DNA of 64,000 bases, taken from assembly GCA_049903315.1 (NCBI GenBank), contig JBNGBT010000003.1:224001-288000 (forward strand). The letters run 5' to 3'. This document shows, one piece after another, positions 9,640-18,632 of the stretch (the stretch's first letter is position 1; each line of letters opens with the position of its first letter). The translations under genes and the position numbers were made by a program. The notes under the pieces were generated by a model. It was not told the origin of the DNA. It did not search any database and saw only the letters and a list, made by a program, of their open reading frames with translations. The stretch is from Candidatus Cloacimonadota bacterium. GTDB lineage: Bacteria > Cloacimonadota > Cloacimonadia > JGIOTU-2.

Positions 9640-10347
9640 ATGGCAAAATTAGGTGTGAACATAGATCACATAGCAACAATACGGCAGGCGCGAAAAACCT
9701 TCGAGCCGGATCCTGTCGAAGCAGCATTCATTGCAGAAAAACACGGCGCTGATCAGATAACCATTCATCTACGTGAAGACCGAAGACACATGCAGGACAG
9801 AGATTTGCGGATCCTTAGGGAAACTGTGCAGACCAAATTGAACCTTGAAATGGCACCGACCGAAGAAATGGTCGCTATTGCAAAAGCTGTACGCCCGGAC
9901 ACAGTTACGCTTGTACCCGAAAAACGTGAAGAAGTAACCACCGAAGGCGGTTTGAATCTTGAATTGAAAGGGCTCGAAGAAAAAATTCAGGAACTCAAAA
10001 AAGCCGAGATCTTAGTGAGTGTCTTTATCGATCCTGATAACGAAGTGGTCAAGATGGCACACAAACTTGGCGCGGATGCAGTTGAGCTTCATACAGGTTA
10101 TTTTGCCAATGCCAAAACCGAGGAAGATATCGAAAAAGAAGTAGAGCGCATCAAAGAAGCAGCTCATGTAGGTAAAAAACAGGGGCTGTATATTGCTGCC
10201 GGGCATGGAATTACATATTTTAATGCCCATTATCTTGCTGATATTAAGGATATTGAAGAATATAACATCGGGCACTCGATCATTTCCCGGGCAGTTTTTG
10301 TGGGGCTGGGACGAGCAGTTCAAGAGATGAAAACTCTCATTTCCTGA
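9640..10347 (+). CDS. pdxJ: Pyridoxine 5'-phosphate synthase
   Basis: LGVNIDHIATIRQAR, HLREDRRH, NLE, TTEGG, AGHG and NIGHSI motifs. Confidence 0.97.
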   Translation: MAKLGVNIDHIATIRQARKTFEPDPVEAAFIAEKHGADQITIHLREDRRHMQDRDLRILRETVQTKLNLEMAPTEEMVAIAKAVRPDTVTLVPEKREEVTTEGGLNLELKGLEEKIQELKKAEILVSVFIDPDNEVVKMAHKLGADAVELHTGYFANAKTEEDIEKEVERIKEAAHVGKKQGLYIAAGHGITYFNAHYLADIKDIEEYNIGHSIISRAVFVGLGRAVQEMKTLIS

Positions 10348-10352
10348 ATGAT

Positions 10353-11591
10353 ATGCATGCCTACCTTGCGTTAACCTCTTTTCTCTCCTTTTTGCTCATT
10401 CCGTTTTTTCTGGTTAAATTATTAAGAAATCCAATTGAATGGAAGCAGCGATTAGGATTCATCACCATTCCTCAAAACAATAAAAAAACAATCTGGTTCC
10501 ACGCTGCTTCAGTAGGGGAAATCAACGCTCTCGCACTTCTGGTTGAAAAATTCATAGAAGTGTATGGGGAGCATTATTATGTTGTGATTTCCACTATGAC
10601 TATAACAGGACATGAAAGAACAAAAAAGCTCACCGTGGAGCACCCGGAAAATATGTTCACGATCCTGCTTCCTATAGATGTACCCTTTGCAATAAAGAAG
10701 GCAATCAGAAAAATATCGCCCGATATTCTTGTCATAGCTGAGACAGAGATCTGGCCTGTCCTCATCCATTATGCTCACAAATATGCAACGAAAATACTCA
10801 TAGCCAATGGAAGAATTTCTCCTAAAACAGTAAAGAGTTACAAAAGATTTGGATGTATTTTTAAAAATACCTTGAAACACATCAATGAAATCGGCGCACA
10901 AACCGAAGATGATAAGCATAGATTTACTGAACTTACTGAAAATCCTGTCCAAGTAACCGGTAATTTAAAATATGCACTTCGTCTTCCAGAACATGACATT
11001 GACGCGATTAAAAGGGATTGGCATCTTACTTCGCAGTTCATAATCACTTTTGGCAGCTCGCGACCGGGAGAAGAACTTCTTGTGGCAGAGTTGTATCATT
11101 CTTTAGAAGAGAAAAATATTGATTTCCAGATCATTCTTGCACCCAGGCACCTGCAGCGGCTTGATGAAATTCAAAAGATATTCACAGAAAATAATGTTGA
11201 TTTTCAAAAGCTATCTGCCATCGCATCGGCAACTCGCCTTATTCTTATCGATACAATGGGAGAACTCACAAAAGCCTATGCAGTTTCTGATATCGCTATT
11301 GTCGGAGGAAGTTTTTATGATTTTACAGGTCACAATCCTCTCGAACCTGCGTATTTCTCCAAGCCAATCATCATGGGGCAGTATTATTCGAGCTGTAAGG
11401 AATCTGTTTTAATACTTCGTGATGCAGATGCTATTATAATTGCAGATAAAGAGGAATTGCCAAATAGGATTATGGAATTATATAAAAATCCTCAGATGCG
11501 GATTGACATGGGGCAGCACGCAAAAGAAGTAATGGAAAAGAACAAGAGCGCTCTTGATAAAACCTTGCACATGATCGAACGGTTTCTTTAA
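10353..11591 (+). CDS. waaA: 3-deoxy-D-manno-octulosonic acid (Kdo) transferase
   Basis: IWFHAASVGE, ETEIWP, NGRIS, TGNLK, APRH, DTMGEL and VGGS...GHNPLEPA motifs. Confidence 0.93.
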   Translation: MHAYLALTSFLSFLLIPFFLVKLLRNPIEWKQRLGFITIPQNNKKTIWFHAASVGEINALALLVEKFIEVYGEHYYVVISTMTITGHERTKKLTVEHPENMFTILLPIDVPFAIKKAIRKISPDILVIAETEIWPVLIHYAHKYATKILIANGRISPKTVKSYKRFGCIFKNTLKHINEIGAQTEDDKHRFTELTENPVQVTGNLKYALRLPEHDIDAIKRDWHLTSQFIITFGSSRPGEELLVAELYHSLEEKNIDFQIILAPRHLQRLDEIQKIFTENNVDFQKLSAIASATRLILIDTMGELTKAYAVSDIAIVGGSFYDFTGHNPLEPAYFSKPIIMGQYYSSCKESVLILRDADAIIIADKEELPNRIMELYKNPQMRIDMGQHAKEVMEKNKSALDKTLHMIERFL

Positions 11592-11603
11592 AGTGCAAAT
11601 GAG

Positions 11604-12605
11604 GTGAACATGAAAGAAGCACAGTTTTATAAAAAGTTAGAGAATAATGTAGTGCAATGCCAACTCTGTCCCCAGATGTGTGAGATAGACGAGGAGAAAC
11701 GGGGCATGTGTCTTGGTAGGAAGAATGAAAAGGGTAATCTCTATGCAGAAAATTATGGAGAAACCATCTCGATCTCGATGGATCCTATAGAAAAAAAACC
11801 ACTATATCATTTCTATCCGGGGAAAGAAATTCTTTCGATCGGTCCGAACGGCTGTAATCTCACCTGTGATTTTTGCCAGAATTATACAATTTCACAGCAG
11901 AAAGCACCGACAAGTTCCCTGAAAGCAGAAGATCTTATTGCGTTGTGCAAAAAATATAATTCCATCGGCGTTGCTTTTACGTATACAGAACCGCTCATCT
12001 GGTATGAATATATCCTCGACACCGCAAAAGTCCTGCGAGCTCATGACTTGAAAGTTGTTCTTATCACAAACGGTTTTATCAATCCTGAACCGCTTAAAAA
12101 GTTACTTCCTTACATCGATGCAATGAATATCGATTTGAAAGCATTCAAAAATGAGTTCTATAAAACCTATTGTTCCGGACGACTTGAACCAGTAAAAAAC
12201 ACGATCAAGATTGCTGCACAGCACACACACGTTGAGATCACGAATCTTATCATTACAGATTTGAATGATTCACGAGGTGAGATAGAGGAACTAGTTTCAT
12301 TTGTGGCAGGAATAAATAGAGATATCCCCCTCCATTTCTCGCGATATTTTCCGGTTTATAAAATGAAGAAATTTCCTACAAATCCATCCACTCTGGAAAT
12401 GGCGTATGAGATCGGGAAAAAGAAGCTTTCCTATGTGTATGTTGGAAATATTAATCTGCAGAATACGCATGACACACACTGCCCGAATTGCAATGAATTA
12501 CTGATAAAGCGCTCAGGTTATTATACTTCTGTTACGCATATTAAAAAAGATAATTGCTGCGAAATCTGCGGGCAGAAAATTTACGGAGTTCATCTTTTTG
12601 AATAG
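11604..12605 (+). CDS. AmmeMemoRadiSam system radical SAM enzyme
   Basis: N-terminal CQLCP..C...C..R, DPIEKKPLYHF, CNLTCDFCQN, YTEP, PLHFSRYFP and YVYVGN; C-terminal Cys pairs. Confidence 0.92.
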   Translation: MNMKEAQFYKKLENNVVQCQLCPQMCEIDEEKRGMCLGRKNEKGNLYAENYGETISISMDPIEKKPLYHFYPGKEILSIGPNGCNLTCDFCQNYTISQQKAPTSSLKAEDLIALCKKYNSIGVAFTYTEPLIWYEYILDTAKVLRAHDLKVVLITNGFINPEPLKKLLPYIDAMNIDLKAFKNEFYKTYCSGRLEPVKNTIKIAAQHTHVEITNLIITDLNDSRGEIEELVSFVAGINRDIPLHFSRYFPVYKMKKFPTNPSTLEMAYEIGKKKLSYVYVGNINLQNTHDTHCPNCNELLIKRSGYYTSVTHIKKDNCCEICGQKIYGVHLFE

Positions 12606-12969
12606 GCGCGAACTGCTCTCACATTTCACACTTGCCGACGGAATTCTTATCATGTTTGTGGTTTTGGCAATAATCTTTTCGTCCTTATTTGTATATAATA
12701 AGGGAGTGAAAAGTGACTATGCTGCGATTGATTATGATGGACACACTGAGAATGTTTCCTTGAGTAAAGACCGGATTTTAACTTTAGAAAACGGGATGGT
12801 GATTGAAGTACAAGATGGCAAGATTCGGGTGAAAGAATCCGATTGTCCCCGGAAAATCTGCGTGAAACATGGATGGTTGAATTATGCAAATGATGTGATC
12901 GTGTGCCTTCCCAATAAGACGATAATCTATCTCATGAAAAAATCCGACCTCGATTATATTACTCAGTAG
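12598..12969 (+). CDS. NusG domain II-containing membrane-anchored protein
   Basis: TM helix then IEVQDGKIRVKESDCPRKICVKHGW...IVCLPNK. The TTG start overlaps the previous stop. Confidence 0.88.
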   Translation: MNRRELLSHFTLADGILIMFVVLAIIFSSLFVYNKGVKSDYAAIDYDGHTENVSLSKDRILTLENGMVIEVQDGKIRVKESDCPRKICVKHGWLNYANDVIVCLPNKTIIYLMKKSDLDYITQ

Positions 12970-12971
12970 TT

Positions 12972-13478
12972 ATGAAGACCTCGAGTGAAAAGATCCTTAT
13001 CCTCTCTGCATACTCGATTATGGCGGTGCTGCTCTTTCTTGTAGAAAACATAATCCCTAAACCGCTGCCCTTTATGAGGATTGGTCTGGCGAATGTATTC
13101 ATTTTGCTCATTCTCGTGCAGATTGATTTCCTTTCCGCTCTGGTTGTTACGCTGACAAAAGTTATCATAGGAAATCTATTTTCCGGACTACTATTTACCC
13201 CGCTTATACTTTTTTCTTTGGTAAGCAGTGTGGTGTCTCTGCTGGTGATGTATGCTGTATATAAAAGCAAGATTTCATTAAGCTTGATTGGCGTGAGTAT
13301 TACGGGAGCACTCACACATCTGATCACACAGCTTGTGCTTGGATATTTTCTTTTTATTCATACTTCAAGAATATTTGCCCTTATTCCGATAATCCTGCTT
13401 ATCGGATTGATAAGCGGCTTGATCACAGGCATCCTGGTGATAATTCTCTACAAAAACATACGGCTTCAATTAGTTTGA
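12972..13478 (+). CDS. Gx transporter / heptaprenyl-PP synthase component I family membrane protein
   Basis: VENIIPKPLPFMRIGLAN and GVSITGALTH...QL motifs; hydrophobic; standard partner of NusG-II genes. Confidence 0.85.
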   Translation: MKTSSEKILILSAYSIMAVLLFLVENIIPKPLPFMRIGLANVFILLILVQIDFLSALVVTLTKVIIGNLFSGLLFTPLILFSLVSSVVSLLVMYAVYKSKISLSLIGVSITGALTHLITQLVLGYFLFIHTSRIFALIPIILLIGLISGLITGILVIILYKNIRLQLV

Positions 13479-13719
13479 ATTTTGTATGTATCATAAATAA
13501 AAACCTATCAAACTGGGAAATTTATAAAAATTGACAAAGAATGCAAGATCATAAATTTGCAACTTATATCTTATCTAATAAGATTTCTCAAAAGCGGTAC
13601 TGTTCATAATAAATTTGATGTTCTTGTAATCAATTTGTTAAGATAGTTGCATACCTTACTGCATTTGTTGACATTACCGAAATACAGTATGAACAGGAAT
13701 AACACATGGTGTGCGTACT

Positions 13720-15819
13720 ATGAAAAATTGGGCTCTAATATTACTTCTTCTCATGATATATTGTTGTATTTCTTTAACCCTCACCCTCAGCGCACAAGAA
13801 TTAACACCATCACAAAGAGTGGAAAATTTACTCGAACAAGCTCGTATAATTAAGGATGATGATTATAACAGGGCATTAGAATATTGCAATCAGGCACTCG
13901 ATATACTGAATGATCATCCTGACCAAATCCTTCTGAGAAAAACTCACTTACTCCTTGCCGATATAAAAAGAATGATGGGATTATACGAAGAATCTCTTCA
14001 GGACCTGGAACAGCTTTTATATGGTGATCTGGAATTTGAAGATAGGGAGAGCAATGCACATGCCTACTTAACTGCCGCATCAAATCTTGAACGTTTAGGG
14101 GAATACGTTCAAGCATATGAATTTTCACTCAAAGCTCTTGAAAATTTCGAAGAACTGAATAATGATGAACATATAGTTGAAACAAAAATTTTCATCGGAA
14201 ATCTGTTTAATGTACTGAAGAATTACAATAATGCAACAAAGTATCTTGAAGAAGCCAGTTCACTTGCCCAGAAAATCGGATCAATGGATGGATTTTATAA
14301 GGCAGAGCTTCATCTGGGGCGTTCATACCAAAAAGCAGGATATTGGGAAAAATCGCGTGAATGCATGCGTATACTGATTAAAAACGATGATACTTCCAAG
14401 TATCAAAAGGCCTATGCGTATTATATAATAGGACAAACATATCTGGATCAAAAAAACTGGGAACAAGCGCTCGAGAGTGAACTCAAATCGCTGGAATATG
14501 CTTACCAGGCACACAATCTGTTTGTCCAATCAGTGGTTTATACAGATCTTGCATATATAGAAATGAATCTTGGTCATTATGAAAATTCTCTTGCATACAA
14601 TAAAAAAGCTCTTGCCTTAAGAATTGAACGAGGCAACCAAGCGCTCGTTGCAAGTTCTTTGAGAAATATTGGCACACTGAATCAAAAATTTGGCAGATAT
14701 GATAAGGCAATAGATTATCTGATGCAGGCACTCGAAATCTCAGAAAGGATTAATGATCCGTATCTAAAAAGTGATATTTTTCATAATCTCTCAAAAGTCT
14801 ATTTTGAACAAGGGATGTCCGGAAAATCTTATGAATTTCTTCTTGAATATACAATACTGAAAGATAAGATGTATAATGAAACCGTAATGAATAATATTCA
14901 GGAAGCTCAAATCGAATATCTGATCAATAAAAAAGAGATTGAATTAGAAATTCTTCGAAAAGACAGTGAAATAAAAGAGTTAACAATTATGAGACAGGGG
15001 GATTTGCGAAATTCAATAATCGCCATTCTTATCTTTATGTTCATCATTCTTCTTCTTTTATATAATAGATATAAAATGAGTAAAAAGATGTCAGTACAAC
15101 TCGAAATTATGGTCGATGAAAGAACAGAAGAGCTAAAAAAGGAAATCAAAACCCGGAAAAGTGCGGAAGTAGAATTAAAAAGCTCACTAAAAGATAAAGA
15201 AGTCCTCCTTAAAGAGATACATCATAGAGTTCATAATAATTTACAGGTCATTTCAGGTCTCCTGCAGTTTCAGCGAGATGAGATAGAGACAAAAGAGGAT
15301 GCTATCAAAGGTTTTACTGCGAGTCAGGATAGAATACTGGCAATGGCAAAAGCATATGATTTGATCCTCGTATCCAAAAGTATGTCAGAATTGAGTTTGG
15401 GTAATTATATTAAATTACTTACAGAGCAACTAAAACAGAATTATGATATTTATGATAAAATCAAAATTAAATATACTCTTGATGAACTCACCACAGGTAT
15501 TGAGATATTGGATAGATTGGGGTTGATATTGAACGAGCTTATAATCAATTCAATCAATCACGCTTTTGAAGGAAGATCATCAGGTGAGATTCATATAAAA
15601 TTAGAAAATAAGAAAGATAGTATAATTATTACAATCTCGGATAATGGTATCGGGATTCCGGAAGATATTGATATTATACACCCGCAAACACTTGGCTTAT
15701 CACTTGTCCAAATGCTGGTCGAACAGTTAGGCGGAACACTGTCTGTAAGTAGAGAAAGCGGTACGAGCTTTACGCTTGTTTTATATGTAAAACCAACCGG
15801 GTATATAAAGGATGAATAA
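13720..15819 (+). CDS. Membrane sensor histidine kinase: extracytoplasmic TPRs, TM helix, HisKA_2-type kinase
   Basis: N-terminal hydrophobic segment, many TPR-like repeats, a TM helix, then KEVLLKEIHHRVHNNLQVIS, LILNELIINSINHAF, DNGIG and LGLSLV. Confidence 0.9.
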   Translation: MKNWALILLLLMIYCCISLTLTLSAQELTPSQRVENLLEQARIIKDDDYNRALEYCNQALDILNDHPDQILLRKTHLLLADIKRMMGLYEESLQDLEQLLYGDLEFEDRESNAHAYLTAASNLERLGEYVQAYEFSLKALENFEELNNDEHIVETKIFIGNLFNVLKNYNNATKYLEEASSLAQKIGSMDGFYKAELHLGRSYQKAGYWEKSRECMRILIKNDDTSKYQKAYAYYIIGQTYLDQKNWEQALESELKSLEYAYQAHNLFVQSVVYTDLAYIEMNLGHYENSLAYNKKALALRIERGNQALVASSLRNIGTLNQKFGRYDKAIDYLMQALEISERINDPYLKSDIFHNLSKVYFEQGMSGKSYEFLLEYTILKDKMYNETVMNNIQEAQIEYLINKKEIELEILRKDSEIKELTIMRQGDLRNSIIAILIFMFIILLLLYNRYKMSKKMSVQLEIMVDERTEELKKEIKTRKSAEVELKSSLKDKEVLLKEIHHRVHNNLQVISGLLQFQRDEIETKEDAIKGFTASQDRILAMAKAYDLILVSKSMSELSLGNYIKLLTEQLKQNYDIYDKIKIKYTLDELTTGIEILDRLGLILNELIINSINHAFEGRSSGEIHIKLENKKDSIIITISDNGIGIPEDIDIIHPQTLGLSLVQMLVEQLGGTLSVSRESGTSFTLVLYVKPTGYIKDE

Positions 15820-18491
15820 TGAATAAAATTCTTATCATTGATGATGTAAAAGAAAATTTAGAAACAGTCAAAGATCTACTCGAAGAATTGATTCCCGATT
15901 GTTTGGTAATTACATCACAAACCCCGAAAGAAGGAATTGAAATAGCGCGAGAAGTACAACCGGATGTAATTATATCAGATGTCTTCATGCCTGAAATAGA
16001 CGGCATAGAAGTTTGTAAGAGATTAAAGAGCGATAAAACTACTCAACATATTCCAATAATAATTCATACTGGATCGACCACTGACGCAGAAAGCCGCATA
16101 CAATGTCTTGAAGCTGGAGCAGATGTGTTTCTGGCTAAACCTATTGATGCTGGAGAGCTTACTGCCCAGATCAATGCGATGCTGAGAATTAAAAAAGCTG
16201 AAGATCGGCTCAGAGAAGAAAAAGAACTCTTAGATGAAGCGGTTCATAAAAGAACAAGAGAACTTCACGAGAGTGAAGAATCTCTCGCGCTTGTTATCGA
16301 GAATATCCCCTTTGCTGTTTTTATTCATGATCTTGATGGGAAACTTGTTCTTGTAAATAAAACTTCTGCAGAATTTACCGGCTATACTAAAAGCGAATTA
16401 TTAAGCAAAACTGTTGGCGATATAGATCATCAAAGTATTACTCGAGATGATAGGGAGAACATTTGGAAACAGCTGCAATATGGCGGACATATGCAATTTT
16501 TTTCTACACATTTCAGAAAAAACGGGTCACAATATCCCGTTGAAATTCACGCAACAGCTCTGATATTAAAAAACAAATCCGTTATGCTTGGAGTCGTGCA
16601 GGATATTACGGAGCGCAAGCAGGCAGAAGAAAAACTGAAAGAAAGTGAAAAAAGATACAAGGACTTGGCTCTCTGCTCGGCGGATTGGATCTGGGAAGTC
16701 GATAAAAAAGGAAAATACACTTACGCTTCTGAAAATGTAGAGAAAATTCTCGGCCATTCTCCAAAAGAAATTCTAACCAAAACACCGTTCGATTTCATGC
16801 CTAAGGAAGAGGCAAAAAGGATAGGGGAAATTTTCGGAAAAATTGCAGCAGAGAAAAAGCCATTCGTTGATCTGGAAAATCTCAATCTTGCAAAAGATGG
16901 CAGAGAGGTTTATATTCTCACGAACGGAGTCCCGATTCTTGATGAACAAGGAAACCTTAAAGGTTACAGGGGAGTTGACAAAGACATCACCAAACGAAAG
17001 CAGGCGGAGAAAATTCAAAAAACATTATTCAACATCTCAAATGCTCTGAATACTACTGATAATATAAATGAGTTTTACAGCAAGATTAGAGAATTTCTGG
17101 GAGATGTAATCGATACAACAAATTTCTATATTGCTTTATATAATGAAAAAACGGATATGATCTCTCTCCCTTTTGATGTTGATGAAAAAGACGCATTTGA
17201 TACATTTCCTGCGGGTAAGACTATTACAAAATATGTCATCAAAACCGGCAAATCCCTTTTTGCTACTAAGGATGTTGTAAAAAAATTAATAAAAAATGGA
17301 TTAATTGAAACAATCGGTTCTCCTTCTGAGATCTGGCTGGGAGTTCCCCTTAAAATTGATAACAAAGTAATCGGTGTTATTGCAGTTCAAAGCTATGATG
17401 ATCCAAACCTTTATACAGAAAAAGATATTGAAATTCTAAACTTTATTTCCGAAGAAATTGCTCTTGCTATAAATCGTAAACAGGCAGAGGAGGATGTGTC
17501 CAAGGCTGCAAAGGAATGGCAAACCACCTTCGACACCACGAACGATATAATATGGGTTCTCAGCCAAGACCAGCGTATATTGCGCTCAAATAAGACGGCG
17601 GAACAGTTGTTCCAGCGTCCGAATGAAGAGATTATCGGCAAACACTGTTGGGAGATTGTTCATGGAACTTATCAGCCAATCCCCGAATGTCCTCTCATCC
17701 GGGCAAAAGAAAGCCTGAAACGTGAGACCATGGAACTGCAAATCGATAAAAGTTGGTTTGAGGTTACGGTCGACCCCATATTGGACACAAATGGCAAATA
17801 TGCAGGGGCCATTCATGTCGTTAGCGACATCACCGAGCGCAAGCAAGCAGAAGAAGAACTAAAAATAAATCGGGAGCGTCTAAAAATAGCAAACTCGATC
17901 TTACGTCACGATATTGCTAATGATCTTATCGTGATAAAAAGCGCTCTGGATATATACAATGAGGAGCAGGATAAAACTATGCTCGATGAGATTGATAAAC
18001 GAGTAGAAAAAAGTCTCCTTACAATAAAACAGCAACGAGAACAGGAGCGCTTCCTGGAGTCTCATTCTGATTTAAATGAGTATCAAATTGATAATGTGAT
18101 AAAAGAAATTATCAAAGATTATCCTGATATAGCATGCAATGTTACAGGTACCGGCAAAGCATATGCTGATAATGCACTATATTCCGTATTTGAGAATATT
18201 ATAAATAATGCGAAAATGCACGCAAAGAGCACAAAACTCGACGTCGATATAACGTATAATGAAGATTTTTGCGAGATCAGATTTGCCGATGATGGCATTG
18301 GTATACCTGATGAAATTAAACATAAGGTATTCGATAAAGGTTTCCAATTTGGGAAAAATGGACATACTGGCATAGGCCTGTATATTGTAAAAAAGACTAT
18401 TGATGATTATGGCGGAGAAGTGTTCATTCAGAATAATACACCAAAAGGTGCAGTGTTCGTCATTCGGCTGAAAAAAACAATTGGAAGATAA
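15819..18491 (+). CDS. Cytoplasmic hybrid kinase REC-PAS-PAS-GAF-PAS-HisKA-HATPase
   Basis: REC domain (IIDD, SDVFMP, KP), PAS domains ending DITERKQAEE, GAF (WLGVPL...VIGVIAVQSY), LRHDIAN, ADDGIG and GIGLYIVK. Start overlaps the upstream stop (TAATG). Confidence 0.92.
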   Translation: MNKILIIDDVKENLETVKDLLEELIPDCLVITSQTPKEGIEIAREVQPDVIISDVFMPEIDGIEVCKRLKSDKTTQHIPIIIHTGSTTDAESRIQCLEAGADVFLAKPIDAGELTAQINAMLRIKKAEDRLREEKELLDEAVHKRTRELHESEESLALVIENIPFAVFIHDLDGKLVLVNKTSAEFTGYTKSELLSKTVGDIDHQSITRDDRENIWKQLQYGGHMQFFSTHFRKNGSQYPVEIHATALILKNKSVMLGVVQDITERKQAEEKLKESEKRYKDLALCSADWIWEVDKKGKYTYASENVEKILGHSPKEILTKTPFDFMPKEEAKRIGEIFGKIAAEKKPFVDLENLNLAKDGREVYILTNGVPILDEQGNLKGYRGVDKDITKRKQAEKIQKTLFNISNALNTTDNINEFYSKIREFLGDVIDTTNFYIALYNEKTDMISLPFDVDEKDAFDTFPAGKTITKYVIKTGKSLFATKDVVKKLIKNGLIETIGSPSEIWLGVPLKIDNKVIGVIAVQSYDDPNLYTEKDIEILNFISEEIALAINRKQAEEDVSKAAKEWQTTFDTTNDIIWVLSQDQRILRSNKTAEQLFQRPNEEIIGKHCWEIVHGTYQPIPECPLIRAKESLKRETMELQIDKSWFEVTVDPILDTNGKYAGAIHVVSDITERKQAEEELKINRERLKIANSILRHDIANDLIVIKSALDIYNEEQDKTMLDEIDKRVEKSLLTIKQQREQERFLESHSDLNEYQIDNVIKEIIKDYPDIACNVTGTGKAYADNALYSVFENIINNAKMHAKSTKLDVDITYNEDFCEIRFADDGIGIPDEIKHKVFDKGFQFGKNGHTGIGLYIVKKTIDDYGGEVFIQNNTPKGAVFVIRLKKTIGR

Positions 18492-18632
18492 ATTATTTGA
18501 TTTTTGATCTGTTATACTACCAAATTAATGAAATCCACCTCTTCCTTATGTAAATTTACACAATTAAAGTATTCACATATTATTTAATTAAGTTTTGACA
18601 GTTCAAAGGAATCCTGCGAAAAAATGTAACGT

